Shown here in pieces: positions 45,621 to 56,279 of a stretch of DNA of 64,000 nt (within the stretch, counting starts at the first letter, position 1; the number at the start of each line of letters is the position of its first letter). This DNA is from an uncultured candidate division Zixibacteria bacterium (GTDB taxonomy: Bacteria; Zixibacteria; MSB-5A5; UBA10806; 4484-95): positions 640,001 to 704,000 of the forward strand of contig CAXXKA010000006.1 in NCBI GenBank assembly GCA_963668625.2, written 5' to 3'. The translations under genes were made by a program, and so were the position numbers. Below the pieces are notes generated by a model. It was not told the DNA's origin. It saw only the letters and a list, made by a program, of their open reading frames with translations, and did not search any database.

Positions 45621-47183
45621 ATGGACGAATCAATTATAATTATTATTGCAGCTACTGCAGTAATTGTCGCCTTCCTTATTGGCTTTTTTATCTCCCGTCG
45701 CTCCGGTGAAAAGAAGATGGCGCGGGCCGAGGAATTAGCCAATAAAATCCTCGAGGAAGCCGAAAAATCGGCAGCCGTTAAGAAAAAAGAGGCGGTTTTA
45801 GAAGCCAAAGACTACTGGCTTAAAGAGAAATCCAAGTTTGAAAGGGAAACATCAAACAAGAGAACCGAAATTCAGCGCCTGGAAACCCGCTTACGCGATA
45901 AGGAACAGGCGCTTAATCGTAAGGTGGATATTTTAAACACCAAAGAGAAAGATATCGGTGGGCGAGAACGTACCCTTTCAACTAAAGAACGCGCTATTGA
46001 GAATAAAGAAAACCAACTTGATAACCTGATCGCCGAGCAGAACACACAGCTCGAGAAGATTGCCGGCTTAACCTCGGAAGAAGCCAAAAAAATCCTTATG
46101 GAAAATCTCGAGGCCGAGGCCAGGAGAGAGGCGGCTAAGCTGATTAAGGATATCAAGGAGAAAGCAGAGAGGGATGCCGAGAAGGAAGCCAAGAATATCA
46201 TTATCCAGGCTATCCAGAGATGCGCGGCGGACTACACCATGGAATCTTGCGTATCGGTGGTTAATATCCCTAATGATGAGATGAAAGGCCGAATTATCGG
46301 CAGAGAGGGTAGAAATATCCGCTCGTTCGAGACCGCCAGCGGTATCGATGTTATAGTTGATGACACACCCGAGGCGATCATCCTGTCCGGGTACGATCCC
46401 ATTCGCCGTGAAATCGCCCGCCTGGCGATGGAGAAGCTTATCATGGATGGACGTATTCACCCGGCGCGTATCGAGGAAGTAGTTGCCAAAGCCGAGAAGG
46501 AGATGGAGGTCATCATTCGCGAAATAGGCGAACAGGCCTGTTTCGATATCGGCGTTCACGGTATCAACCCCGATATAGTCACGCTTCTTGGCAAGCTCAA
46601 CTATCGTACCAGTTATGGCCAGAATGTTTTACAGCACGCCAAAGAGGTGGCGTTCCTGTGCGGAATCATGGCCGCCGAGCTGGGCCTCGATCCTAATATT
46701 GCCAAACGTGCAGGTTTGCTGCACGATATAGGTAAAGCTATCGATAGGGAAACCGAGGGCACGCACACCGAGCTGGGCGTGGAATTCATCTCTAAATTTA
46801 ACGAAAACGCGGCTGTCATAAACGCCATCGCCAGCCATCACGAGGATGTCCCGATGGAGACACCTTATGCGGTAATGGTACAAGCTGCAGATGCTATCTC
46901 GGGCGCTCGTCCCGGCGCGAGACGTGAAACCCTTGAGGGCTATGTCAAACGTCTGGAGAAACTGGAAGAGATGGCCGACTCGTTCGGCGGCGTGGGCAAA
47001 GCCTATGCTATTCAGGCCGGTCGTGAGATCAGGGTAATTGCCGAATCGGATAAAATCGATGACGTAACCTGTTCGCAGCTTGCCGGTGATATCGCCCGCA
47101 AGATCGAGCAGGAGATGGAATATCCCGGCCAGATCAAGGTAACAGTCATACGAGAAACCAGAAGTGTGGAGTATGCCAAGTAA
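45621..47183 (+). CDS. rny: ribonuclease Y
   Basis: N-terminal TM, coiled coil, KH ([13 protein letters not shown]), HD (LLHDIGKA), [14 protein letters not shown]. Confidence 0.99.
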   Translation: MDESIIIIIAATAVIVAFLIGFFISRRSGEKKMARAEELANKILEEAEKSAAVKKKEAVLEAKDYWLKEKSKFERETSNKRTEIQRLETRLRDKEQALNRKVDILNTKEKDIGGRERTLSTKERAIENKENQLDNLIAEQNTQLEKIAGLTSEEAKKILMENLEAEARREAAKLIKDIKEKAERDAEKEAKNIIIQAIQRCAADYTMESCVSVVNIPNDEMKGRIIGREGRNIRSFETASGIDVIVDDTPEAIILSGYDPIRREIARLAMEKLIMDGRIHPARIEEVVAKAEKEMEVIIREIGEQACFDIGVHGINPDIVTLLGKLNYRTSYGQNVLQHAKEVAFLCGIMAAELGLDPNIAKRAGLLHDIGKAIDRETEGTHTELGVEFISKFNENAAVINAIASHHEDVPMETPYAVMVQAADAISGARPGARRETLEGYVKRLEKLEEMADSFGGVGKAYAIQAGREIRVIAESDKIDDVTCSQLAGDIARKIEQEMEYPGQIKVTVIRETRSVEYAK

Positions 47184-47598
47184 TCATAGCTTTTTAGCCG
47201 GCTCGAATGTCGCCGTATTCGGTGTTTCGCCGAAACGTAAAACATTTGCACATACGGTAAAGGAGGCGCTTTCTAACGCCGGTTATAATGTCTATACTAT
47301 ACATCCCTCCGGCGATACCGATAGTTTCAAAGACCTGGAGTCGTTGCCGGAAAAAACAGAGGCGGTGTATATCGCCACCGGTAAAGCTAATTCCTCGAAA
47401 ATAGTTGACCAGGCGATTAGCTACGGCGCGAAACGTGTCTGGCTTCAATTCGGCGCGTACGATAAAGAGATCGTTAAGAAATGCAAGGATGCCGGCATGG
47501 AAACACATACCGGCTGCTTAATGATGTATATTCCTGATGCCGGTGTTATGCACGTCGTACATCGCTTTGTTCATGAGTTATTAGCAGGCAAGCCATGA
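47173..47598 (+). CDS. CoA-binding domain protein
   Basis: [33 protein letters not shown]. Confidence 0.85.
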   Translation: MPSNHSFLAGSNVAVFGVSPKRKTFAHTVKEALSNAGYNVYTIHPSGDTDSFKDLESLPEKTEAVYIATGKANSSKIVDQAISYGAKRVWLQFGAYDKEIVKKCKDAGMETHTGCLMMYIPDAGVMHVVHRFVHELLAGKP

Positions 47599-48380
47599 AA
47601 GCTCTATTCATTGGCGATTTAATGGGCGATCCGGGATTCAAGGCGGTCAAACGGGCTTTTAATTCGTTGAAAGAGCAAAAACGAGAATTCGATTTTGTTA
47701 TTGCCAACGTGGAAAACGCCGCCGATGGTTTCGGAGTTAAAAAGGCCACGCTGGATGATTTGAAAAAATTCGATTTCGATTGCATGACCTCCGGAAATCA
47801 TATCTGGGATCGGCCGGATATCTATAAATTCATCAATGAGGAACCAACCCTGATACGTCCTGCCAACTATCCTCCGGGTAATCCCGGTTTTGGCTGGCAG
47901 ATATTCGAGACCGATGACAACCTTAAAGTCGCGGTCATCAACCTTCAGGGAAGGATTTTCATGCAGCAGGTCGATTGCCCGTTTCAAGAGGCTGATAAGA
48001 TATTGGAACAAATAGGGGATGAGTGCAAGATCATCATAGTGGATTTCCACGCCGAGGCTACCAGCGAAAAACAGGCTATGGCCTGGTATCTGGATGGCCG
48101 GGTATCGGCGGTGATTGGCACGCACACTCACGTTCAAACCGCCGATCAAAGAATATTGCCAAACGGCACGGGTATGATTACCGATGTCGGTATGTGCGGC
48201 TCGTACGATTCCGTGATTGGCATGGAGGTGGATGACGCCTTGTTTCGGCTTCTGAAAAGCAGACCGAATCGGCTTAAAATAGCAACTAAGAATGTTAAAT
48301 TTTCCGGTCTGGAGCTTGAAATAGACGATATCACAGGTAAGTGCAAAGATTTAAACAGAATATTTATCGATACGGATTAG
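47595..48380 (+). CDS. ymdB: YmdB-family metallophosphoesterase
   Basis: FIGD..G.PG, N.ENAA.G.G, TSGNHIWD, RPANYP, DFHAEATSEK, GTHTHVQTAD, TDVGM.G. Confidence 0.95.
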   Translation: MKALFIGDLMGDPGFKAVKRAFNSLKEQKREFDFVIANVENAADGFGVKKATLDDLKKFDFDCMTSGNHIWDRPDIYKFINEEPTLIRPANYPPGNPGFGWQIFETDDNLKVAVINLQGRIFMQQVDCPFQEADKILEQIGDECKIIIVDFHAEATSEKQAMAWYLDGRVSAVIGTHTHVQTADQRILPNGTGMITDVGMCGSYDSVIGMEVDDALFRLLKSRPNRLKIATKNVKFSGLELEIDDITGKCKDLNRIFIDTD

Positions 48381-48397
48381 ATATAGCAGGTAGTAAG

Positions 48398-49282
48398 ATG
48401 GGCGAGATTATTGACGGCAAAAAAACAGCTAATGAAATTAAAGATGAGCTTAAGGTTGAGGTAGAGAGGCTTAAAAGCAAAGGCCATACTCCGGGCCTGG
48501 CAGGTGTGTTAGTCGGGGATGACCCGGCCTCGGCAATGTATGTTAGCATGAAAGAGAAAGCTTGTAAGAAGCTCGGGATATTCGTAGAAAAATTCATTCG
48601 CCCGAGCGATTTCGCCGAGTCGGATTTGCTCGAGCTGATCGATTCTTTGAATGCCCGCGATGATATTCACGGCATACTCGTACAATCGCCGTTGCCAAAA
48701 CATATCGATGAGGGCAAGGCGATTCTACGTATCGATCCGCGTAAAGATGTCGATGGTTTCCACCCGATAAGCCAGGGTTTGATGTTGGCCGGTAAGCCCG
48801 CTTTTTTGCCTGCAACCCCATTTGGAATATTAGAATTACTGCATAGATCGGGCCATAGTATCAGCGGCAAGCATGTTGTCGTGCTTGGCCGGGGATACCT
48901 GGTTGGCCGCCCGTTGGCGGTACTGCTGGGATTGAAAAACGAGAAAGCCAACGCCACGGTTACGTTATGCCATACCGGCACTCCGAATATCCCGGATATC
49001 TGCCGTCAGGCGGATGTTATAATCGCCGCTATGGGGCAGGCGCATTATCTGAAAAAGGATATGGTCAAACCCGGCGCGGTTGTCGTGGATGTCGGCACGA
49101 ACCAGATAAAAGATCCCAGCCATCCAAAAGGAAAACGCCTTGTTGGCGATGTCGATTTCGAGAGCGTGATGGAGGTGGCAAAGGCCGTTACGCCGGTGCC
49201 AGGCGGTGTCGGCCCGATGACCATCGCGATGCTTTTAACCAATACCGTTCAAGCCTGCAAAAATATGATTAACGATGTCTGA
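48398..49282 (+). CDS. folD: bifunctional methylenetetrahydrofolate dehydrogenase/cyclohydrolase
   Basis: IIDGKK, VGDDPAS..YV..K, HGILVQ.PLP, KDVDGFHP, TPVPGGVGPMT. Confidence 0.98.
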   Translation: MGEIIDGKKTANEIKDELKVEVERLKSKGHTPGLAGVLVGDDPASAMYVSMKEKACKKLGIFVEKFIRPSDFAESDLLELIDSLNARDDIHGILVQSPLPKHIDEGKAILRIDPRKDVDGFHPISQGLMLAGKPAFLPATPFGILELLHRSGHSISGKHVVVLGRGYLVGRPLAVLLGLKNEKANATVTLCHTGTPNIPDICRQADVIIAAMGQAHYLKKDMVKPGAVVVDVGTNQIKDPSHPKGKRLVGDVDFESVMEVAKAVTPVPGGVGPMTIAMLLTNTVQACKNMINDV

Positions 49283-50480
49283 TAAGATTCTAAGTGTTAC
49301 TGATTTAACAAGATCAATAAAACTTCAACTTGAAAACAACTTCCCCCGAATCTGGGTCGAGGGAGAGATTTCCAATTATATCAACCACTCCTCGGGACAT
49401 CGCTATTTCACATTAAAAGATGAGAATGCCCAGATCAAAGGCGTTATCTGGCGAAGCGCCGGACGCAACCTGACTTTCGAGCCCGAGAACGGCATGAAAA
49501 TTAAAGCCCAGGGGCAGGTAACTGTATACGAAAAATCGGGGCAATACCAGTTAATCGTAACGAAAATACAACAGGCTGGGATAGGCGAGCTGGAACTGGC
49601 ATTCCAGAAACTCAAAGCCAAACTCGATAAAGAGGGGCTTTTCGATCAAAGTCATAAAAAAGCAATACCCCGGTATTCCGAAAGAATCGGGCTGGTAACC
49701 TCTGCGACCGGAGCAGCGGTGAGGGATATAATAAACGTGATGACCCGTCGCGCGCCCTGGGTGGAGATCGTACTCAGGCCGGCGGCCGTTCAGGGGGTGG
49801 GCGCGGCCGAGGATATCGCAACGGCTATAAATGAGTTTAACGAGTTTGGCCGGGTAGATTTATTGATTGTCGGTCGCGGTGGTGGATCATTAGAGGACCT
49901 TTGGCCGTTTAATGAGGAGATAACAGCCCGGGCGATATTCGCCTCGAAAATACCGGTGATCTCGGCGGTAGGGCATCAGATAGATTTCTCGATTTCCGAT
50001 TTCGTAGCCGATATGCGAGCCCCGACTCCCTCGGCGGCCGCCGAACTGGCTGTTCCCGACGGTGCGGAATTGAAAGCTTATTTCAAGGATGGCTATCGCA
50101 GGTTATGTCAGGGACAACTGGAGTATGTCTCCGATCTGAAAGAGGAGCTATACGGCCTGGGTAAACGTTATGGCCTGCGCAAGCCGATGGAGATAATCAA
50201 TGCTCGTATGCAGCGTCTGGATGAACTGGAATTGAATTTCAAACGCAGTTCGATCTATATGGCGGAGAGATTCAAGAACACGCTCGATATGGTTAATGCG
50301 AAACTTAAAGCGGCCTCGCCTAAAGCTATAATGCAGAGAGGTTACGCTTATGTGACTCTGGCCGACACCGGGGCGACCGTAAAATCATTTACGGAGGTGG
50401 CGGTTAGTGATATAGTAGATGTAAAATTGTTTAAAGGTGGATTCAAAGCGGGGGTAAGCAGTGTTAGGGGTGAGTCGTGA
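49275..50480 (+). CDS. xseA: exodeoxyribonuclease VII large subunit
   Basis: WVEGEISN, SGHRYFTLKD, VTS.TGAAVRD, GRGGGSLEDLW.FNEE, SAVGH..D, RAPTPSAAAE. Confidence 0.98.
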   Translation: MSDKILSVTDLTRSIKLQLENNFPRIWVEGEISNYINHSSGHRYFTLKDENAQIKGVIWRSAGRNLTFEPENGMKIKAQGQVTVYEKSGQYQLIVTKIQQAGIGELELAFQKLKAKLDKEGLFDQSHKKAIPRYSERIGLVTSATGAAVRDIINVMTRRAPWVEIVLRPAAVQGVGAAEDIATAINEFNEFGRVDLLIVGRGGGSLEDLWPFNEEITARAIFASKIPVISAVGHQIDFSISDFVADMRAPTPSAAAELAVPDGAELKAYFKDGYRRLCQGQLEYVSDLKEELYGLGKRYGLRKPMEIINARMQRLDELELNFKRSSIYMAERFKNTLDMVNAKLKAASPKAIMQRGYAYVTLADTGATVKSFTEVAVSDIVDVKLFKGGFKAGVSSVRGES

Positions 50481-50812
50481 ACACCGATACCAGAATTTAT
50501 CATTCAATTTCGGAAGTGGCGGATATGCTCGGAGTCGAGGCTTATGTGCTTCGGTTTTGGGAGAAAGAATTCGCCCAACTTCGACCCAAGAAAAACAGGG
50601 CCGGTAATCGCGTTTATCAACAGAAAGATATCGACCTGTTGATGCAAATCAAATATCTCCTGTATGACAAGGGATTTACTATCGAGGGCGCCCGGAATCA
50701 TATGAAAAAAGAATCCGGCTCCAACGGTAACCGTCTTAAAACAGAGATGGCGGTAAAGCTTTTGGGAGAAATTAGAGGCGATATTGACGGGCTTTTAAAG
50801 CTTTTCCCTTGA
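50477..50812 (+). CDS. MerR-family HTH protein
   Basis: SISEVADMLGVEAYVLRFWEKEF..LRP.K...GNR.Y...LLYDKGFTIEGAR. Confidence 0.93.
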   Translation: MNTDTRIYHSISEVADMLGVEAYVLRFWEKEFAQLRPKKNRAGNRVYQQKDIDLLMQIKYLLYDKGFTIEGARNHMKKESGSNGNRLKTEMAVKLLGEIRGDIDGLLKLFP

Positions 50813-50852
50813 TATTGCTTTAAAAATATCTATATTGGGAAAACCTTTGTGT

Positions 50853-50930
50853 CGGGGCGTAGCGCAGCCTGGTTAGCGCACCTGCTTGGGGTGCAGGAGG
50901 TCGGCCGTTCAAATCGGCTCGCCCCGACCA
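50853..50930 (+). tRNA. tRNA-Pro(GGG)
   Basis: CGGGGCG/CGCCCCG acceptor, anticodon arm CCTGC-TTGGGGT-GCAGG, TTCAAAT, encoded CCA. Upstream TTGATA-N16-TATATT. Confidence 0.97.
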
Positions 50931-51040
50931 TTTTAAAAGATTCACCGATTAGTATGGAATATTTTAGCTTTTCATTAGTATAATTCATCAGATGTAGAAA
51001 TATTTTAAGAATCGATTTATTATTTACAAAGGAGAGCGTT

Positions 51041-52288
51041 ATGAGGCTTTCACGCGTTTTATTAATCACAGCCGTTATGGCGTCTTTTATGATCGGATGT
51101 TCAAGACATTCAACCGATCCCAATCCACCACGATCATTATCCAATTATGAAAAGGGCATTGTCGAATCGGGCAACGATTTCGGTATCGAGCTATTTAAAC
51201 AGGTTGCGGCTAATAATCCCGATTCCAATATATGTGTCTCGCCGCTATCGGTGGCTATGGCGCTGGGTATGACCTACAACGGCGCCCGTACCACTACCAA
51301 AGAGGCGATGGATTCCGTGCTTGACCTTACCGGTATGGACATAGCCGAGGTGAACCAGGCCTACCAGAGCCTGATCGATCTTCTCGTGAATCTCGATCCG
51401 GTCGTGCAATTCGAGCTGGCGAACTCTATCTGGTATCGCAATTCCTTCGATATCTCACAGGATTTCGTCGATTTGAACCGGGATTATTTCTACGCCGAGA
51501 TTAACCCGATGGATTTTGGTGACCCGACCGTAGTGGATATCATAAATGGTTGGGTGAACGACCAGACCCATGGCAAGATCGAGGAAATAATCGATCCGCC
51601 TATCAGTCCCAATACTGTTATGTATTTAATAAACGCTATCTATTTCCTGGCGGATTGGAAATACCAGTTCGATCCCGAGGAAACATACGCGTCTGATTTT
51701 TATATCAATGATGATGAAACCTCGAGCTGTAATATGATGAGTCAGTTCAATACTATCAGCTACGTTCAAGAACAGGACGGGCCGTCCGTTGTCAGGCTGC
51801 CTTATGGAAACGGGCTGTATGAGATGGTACTTTTAAGGCCCGCGTACGGGCAATCGGTAGATGAATTCATTGCCGGTCTTGATTCCGAAACGCTTGAGCA
51901 ATGGCTGGAAAATACCTCGGAGGGTGAAGTTGATATTCGTATGCCCAAATTCGAGATGAAATTCGAGGATGAGCTGAAGAACGAACTTTCGGATATGGGT
52001 ATGGGCATAGCTTTCACGCCTAATGTGGCTGATTTTACCGGCATGAAAGGAAGTAACCAGGATATTAAGGACCTTCTCATAAGCAAAGTAATTCATAAAA
52101 CTTTTATCAGGGTGGATGAAGACGGCACCGAGGCCGCCGCGGTTACCGCTGTCGAGATCGAATACACATCGGAGCCAGGTTATCCAACGATAATGTTTAA
52201 CCGGCCTTTCGTGTTTATGATAGTAGAAAATCACTCGGGCACGATATTGTTCACCGGCAGAATGAATTGCCCCCAATGGCCGGAGTAG
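51041..52288 (+). CDS. serpin-family serine protease inhibitor, lipoprotein
   Basis: Lipobox MIGC, SPLSV..AL.MTYNGA...T, INGWV...T.GKI, NAIYF...W...F, hinge EDGTEAAAVT, FNRPFVF...ILF.G. Confidence 0.96.
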   Translation: MRLSRVLLITAVMASFMIGCSRHSTDPNPPRSLSNYEKGIVESGNDFGIELFKQVAANNPDSNICVSPLSVAMALGMTYNGARTTTKEAMDSVLDLTGMDIAEVNQAYQSLIDLLVNLDPVVQFELANSIWYRNSFDISQDFVDLNRDYFYAEINPMDFGDPTVVDIINGWVNDQTHGKIEEIIDPPISPNTVMYLINAIYFLADWKYQFDPEETYASDFYINDDETSSCNMMSQFNTISYVQEQDGPSVVRLPYGNGLYEMVLLRPAYGQSVDEFIAGLDSETLEQWLENTSEGEVDIRMPKFEMKFEDELKNELSDMGMGIAFTPNVADFTGMKGSNQDIKDLLISKVIHKTFIRVDEDGTEAAAVTAVEIEYTSEPGYPTIMFNRPFVFMIVENHSGTILFTGRMNCPQWPE

Positions 52289-52298
52289 TGATATATCG

Positions 52299-52763
52299 CT
52301 ATTCAGTTCTGTCTATGATAACATCTGCCTGCTTGAGGATATAAGTTTCGTTCTCAAACGATATCTCTACATAAATATCTATATGATCGCCAGGTTCCCA
52401 TTTCGGTCCCTCGTGATTTGAATAGTAAAGCGTATCATTCGCTTGACTACCATCCCAGCGATTTAAGGCGCCCGACCAGGATCTTTCGCCATTGTATAAC
52501 CATACTTGGTCAGCGCTTATGCCATCTATTATAGGATTAGCGTTGCAGTCATGAACCAGAAGAAGCGAGTAAAGAGATTTTCCGCCCTCCGGCGTCGGTG
52601 GCATGAAATCGCGCCAAACATAAGATTGCAAACTTAGCTCATTATCCTGAATGTTGATCCGATCGAAAACATCCCCCGATTTGAAAGGCTCGCTGGCATT
52701 ATCACCGCAACTGATGACCACGCCAACGGCTATTGATAGAATGATAATCATTGATTTTATCAT
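52299..52763 (-). CDS. hypothetical lipoprotein
   Basis: GGAGG RBS, signal peptide with lipobox VISC, WRDFMP and GPKW motifs. Confidence 0.75.
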   Translation of the reverse strand: MIKSMIIILSIAVGVVISCGDNASEPFKSGDVFDRINIQDNELSLQSYVWRDFMPPTPEGGKSLYSLLLVHDCNANPIIDGISADQVWLYNGERSWSGALNRWDGSQANDTLYYSNHEGPKWEPGDHIDIYVEISFENETYILKQADVIIDRTE

Positions 52764-52892
52764 AATTTCCTCCCCGGTAAATACGACGGTTGGCTATATA
52801 TTTATACACTAACATGATGCACGATAATATTTATGATATTCCGATGTCAATTGAAATATTTTGTAGCATGCCGTACGTGTATATAGTAAGAT

Positions 52893-53558
52893 ATGAACAT
52901 GAACATATTGTATCTCATACCCGCCTACAATTCCGAACTGAATATCAGATCGGTTATCGACCGAGTCAGCGATTACACTGATAACATTCTGGTAGTGGAT
53001 GATGGTTCGGTCGATGAGACCTCTCACGTGGTAATGAATTCGAGAGCTACATTAATCTGTCATCCGGTAAACAGGGGAAAAGGCGCGGCATTGAAATCGG
53101 GATTCGCTTATGCTCTGGAAAATAATTATGAGGCCGTTATCACTCTCGATGCTGACGGCCAGCATGATCCTAAATACATACCGGGGTTTTTGGAACTGTA
53201 TGGTTCCACGAAAGCGGATATGATTATCGGCTCGCGAGCGGGTGATAAGGCCGATATGCCTCGGGACAGGCGCGTATCCAATTTCCTCACCTCGGGAATT
53301 CTGACGCTTTTAACAGGATGTTCTATCGAGGATTCTCAATGCGGCTACCGTCTGATATCCCGCCGATTGCTGGAGTCTGTGATCCTGGAATCTAACCGAT
53401 TCGAGCTGGAAACAGAGATCATTATCAAAGCCGTTCAGCAGGGATTCAAAATCCGATTCTTACCGATTAAGGTGGTTTACGGCAAGAAGTTTCCGACCTC
53501 GATGAATCGAACACTTGATACGTTACGCTGGCTGAAAATGGTTTTAGAGCAGATATAG
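52893..53558 (+). CDS. GT2 glycosyltransferase (polyprenol-phosphate sugar synthase-like)
   Basis: IPAYN, VVDDGSVDET, N.GKGAAL..G, TLDADGQH.P, DSQCGYR, FELETE. Confidence 0.93.
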   Translation: MNMNILYLIPAYNSELNIRSVIDRVSDYTDNILVVDDGSVDETSHVVMNSRATLICHPVNRGKGAALKSGFAYALENNYEAVITLDADGQHDPKYIPGFLELYGSTKADMIIGSRAGDKADMPRDRRVSNFLTSGILTLLTGCSIEDSQCGYRLISRRLLESVILESNRFELETEIIIKAVQQGFKIRFLPIKVVYGKKFPTSMNRTLDTLRWLKMVLEQI

Positions 53559-53700
53559 ATTTCATACCTGATAAGTTAATCGCGTAAGATGGAAAATTTC
53601 AGTAGCAGGGGCGTATGTTTAATTGTTAACACCAATACCGTAAGTCCGCGTAGCATTCTTGCGCTAAACATATCCAAACCCGAATATAATATTTCATCCC

Positions 53701-53729
53701 TTGACATATACCGTGCCTTTGTGTAATCT
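53701..53729 (+). promoter_or_regulatory. sigma70-type promoter of surE
   Basis: TTGACA-N17-TAATCT, ending 9 nt before the ATG. Confidence 0.65.
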
Positions 53730-53738
53730 TTCAAGCCT

Positions 53739-54497
53739 ATGTTAATACTTCTTTCAAATGATGATGGCTACTTTGCCAGCGGCATTAATGCCCTGAGGAA
53801 ACATCTTTCCAAATACCATCAGGTGGTTACCGTAGCCCCCGACCGTGATAGAAGCGGGGCATCGCATTCACTGACCGTGACACGCCCTTTAAGGGTCAAG
53901 AAAATAGAAAAAGATAGTTACGCCGTGGATGGTACTCCTACCGATTGCGTGATGATCGCCGTGTATAAACTGTTGAAACGCAAGCCTGATCTCGTGATCT
54001 CCGGTATCAACTCCGGCGCCAATATGGGGGAGGATGTTACCTATTCTGGGACTGTGGCAGCGGCAATTGAGGGCACGTTATTTGGTATACCCTCAGTGGC
54101 GGTATCGCTAACCGGTATGGGGCAGATGAACCATTTGCCGGAAAAAGAATATACTAAAGCAGCCAAGTTCGCCAAAAAAGTTATCGATCATATCGAGTCT
54201 AACGGGTTGCCCGAGGGTGTGTTGTTAAATGTAAATGTCCCGGGCGGGGAAACTACCGATATCCGTAATTACGCCATAACTTGTTTAGGCAAAAGGGTAT
54301 ATGATGATGTAATCACGGAGAAAATAGACCCGCGTGGCGAGGCGTATTACTGGATTGCCGGCAAGGTAAGGGTAACCGGTAAAGAGCCTGAAACCGATTT
54401 CGGCGCCGTTGAACATAATATTATCTCGGTAACACCGCTGGCTATCGATATTACCGCGGATGATTATATCGAAAAACTCAAATCATACAGGATATAG
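53739..54497 (+). CDS. surE: 5'/3'-nucleotidase SurE
   Basis: ILLSNDDG, AP..DRSGASHS, GTPTDCV, SGINSGANMG....YSGTVAAA.EG. Confidence 0.98.
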   Translation: MLILLSNDDGYFASGINALRKHLSKYHQVVTVAPDRDRSGASHSLTVTRPLRVKKIEKDSYAVDGTPTDCVMIAVYKLLKRKPDLVISGINSGANMGEDVTYSGTVAAAIEGTLFGIPSVAVSLTGMGQMNHLPEKEYTKAAKFAKKVIDHIESNGLPEGVLLNVNVPGGETTDIRNYAITCLGKRVYDDVITEKIDPRGEAYYWIAGKVRVTGKEPETDFGAVEHNIISVTPLAIDITADDYIEKLKSYRI

Positions 54498-54688
54498 CAA
54501 TCCTCGATACCCCGATATAGTGTCGATGTAAATTAGATGCAACTTGAATCCGTGGATATCGTTTATATAGGTAGATACTGGGTATTTACGGTAAATAAGT
54601 GTCGATATCGATCGATACTTTTAGTAAAATAATCAAGTATCATTTGCAGGAAGAAATAGGATAACAAAAGCATCCGGGGGTTTGAGAA

Positions 54689-56146
54689 ATGATGAAACGA
54701 TTAATTTTACTGGTATTTTTAGCGCTGGTTATATTTTCTGCTATTTACGCTCTTTGGGATGACAAAAAATTCACTACTTCATCCGACCAGGCATACCAGG
54801 CATTCATGACCGCTGAGTCATATCGTAAAAATCTGTATAATCGTGATGCTGTTGATGAATATGAAAAAGCCGCCCGGATCGATTCTAATTTTGCAATAGC
54901 TTACTGCCGTCTGGCGGAAATGAGCAACAATTTCGGTCAAACGGATGAGGCAAAGAAGTATATCGAGAAGGCAGAATCGCTATTTCCACTGATAACCAAG
55001 CAAGAGCAGTTGCTTATAAGTATCACTAAAAATACGATTAACCGGGATTTCGAGGCCAGAAGAAAATATGTACAAGAGTATATAGAATTATTCCCGGATG
55101 ATATTGGTTCATATCGTTTCCAGGCGGACAACTACGTAGAGACAAAAGACTATGATAAGGCAATAGCCTCTTTCCAGAAAATTATCGATAAAGATCCCAA
55201 TGACGCTCTGGCTTACAATATGCTTGGCTATTTGAATTATTGGGCGGGTAACTATGATGAGGCACTGACCAATATCAGAAAATACGCTCTTGTTGGCGGT
55301 AAAGAGGCCAACCCTCACGACTCATACGGTGAGATATTAATGTACCTGGGGCGTTATGATGAGGCGATCAAAGAATTCGAGACTGCTGATAAAATTAAGC
55401 CGGATCTGGATTTCGTGTTGGAGCATCTAGGCGTGGCTCATCGCGAAATTGGCAAATTCCGGGATGCTATCGGTTATTTCGAACGTGCCCGCGAGTTTGC
55501 CCGTAATGATATTTACGCAGCGAGGGTTGACGAGGATATTGCTTATACTTATTTCCTCTCCGGCGATAAAAAGCAAGCCGTGGATATTTTGAAACCGATT
55601 TTCGAGGAACATCCCGAATGGGTGAGTGTTTCAACGATGCTCGGGTATTTCTCCGCTGATATCGGCGAGCTTGATCTTGCCAGAAGATGCCTGACTAATT
55701 TGGATTCGATATTTATTGCTGATGCTAACCGCGATTCAGCGAACGTTGACACTATCAACAGTAATTATGATCTGGTGGAGGGCAAGATATTGCAGGAGAC
55801 TGCTGATTACGTTAAATCACTTCAGTTGTATGCCCGGGTTGTCGCCGATTCGCGAAAGCCGAATACGATCCTCATTAAATCCCTATACGCCCAGGCCTGT
55901 ATCGAGGCCGGTGAATACGAGCTGGCTAAAAACCTGTATCTGGACAACCTGGAGGAGAACCACAACCATCCTCTGAGTCTGTATGGTTTGGCCAGGATTT
56001 ATAAACATGAGGGAAATACCGAAAAACAGAAACAGGCGTTACTGAGTTATCTTTCGGTTATGTCCGGCGCGGATGACGGTTTTTACATGGTCGATACGGC
56101 GAGGAAGGATCTTGAGTCTCTGACAGTCTACAGCGGGCTTCAATAG
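54689..56146 (+). CDS. exported or membrane-anchored TPR protein
   Basis: N-terminal hydrophobic segment, TTSS..AY, multiple TPRs (AYNMLGY, ANPHDSYGEIL..LGRYDEA). Confidence 0.88.
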   Translation: MMKRLILLVFLALVIFSAIYALWDDKKFTTSSDQAYQAFMTAESYRKNLYNRDAVDEYEKAARIDSNFAIAYCRLAEMSNNFGQTDEAKKYIEKAESLFPLITKQEQLLISITKNTINRDFEARRKYVQEYIELFPDDIGSYRFQADNYVETKDYDKAIASFQKIIDKDPNDALAYNMLGYLNYWAGNYDEALTNIRKYALVGGKEANPHDSYGEILMYLGRYDEAIKEFETADKIKPDLDFVLEHLGVAHREIGKFRDAIGYFERAREFARNDIYAARVDEDIAYTYFLSGDKKQAVDILKPIFEEHPEWVSVSTMLGYFSADIGELDLARRCLTNLDSIFIADANRDSANVDTINSNYDLVEGKILQETADYVKSLQLYARVVADSRKPNTILIKSLYAQACIEAGEYELAKNLYLDNLEENHNHPLSLYGLARIYKHEGNTEKQKQALLSYLSVMSGADDGFYMVDTARKDLESLTVYSGLQ

Positions 56147-56279
56147 ACTCCCAGCGGACAATCGGTTAAGAAAACGATACAACATTCATGGCAGGCAGAC
56201 ATCTTTGCCCACCGGCGTTAATGGTTTTTAAAATATACCTTGACACTATAATGTTTTAACATATATTGGCAGTGATTTT

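Noticed and set aside
50830-51144. 104-aa minus-strand ORF
   Set aside because: Antisense to tRNA-Pro and the serpin start, so a shadow ORF.
54500-54620. Cluster of TCGA/GATATC/CGATCG palindromes
   Set aside because: These words are common throughout the window and show no periodic structure.
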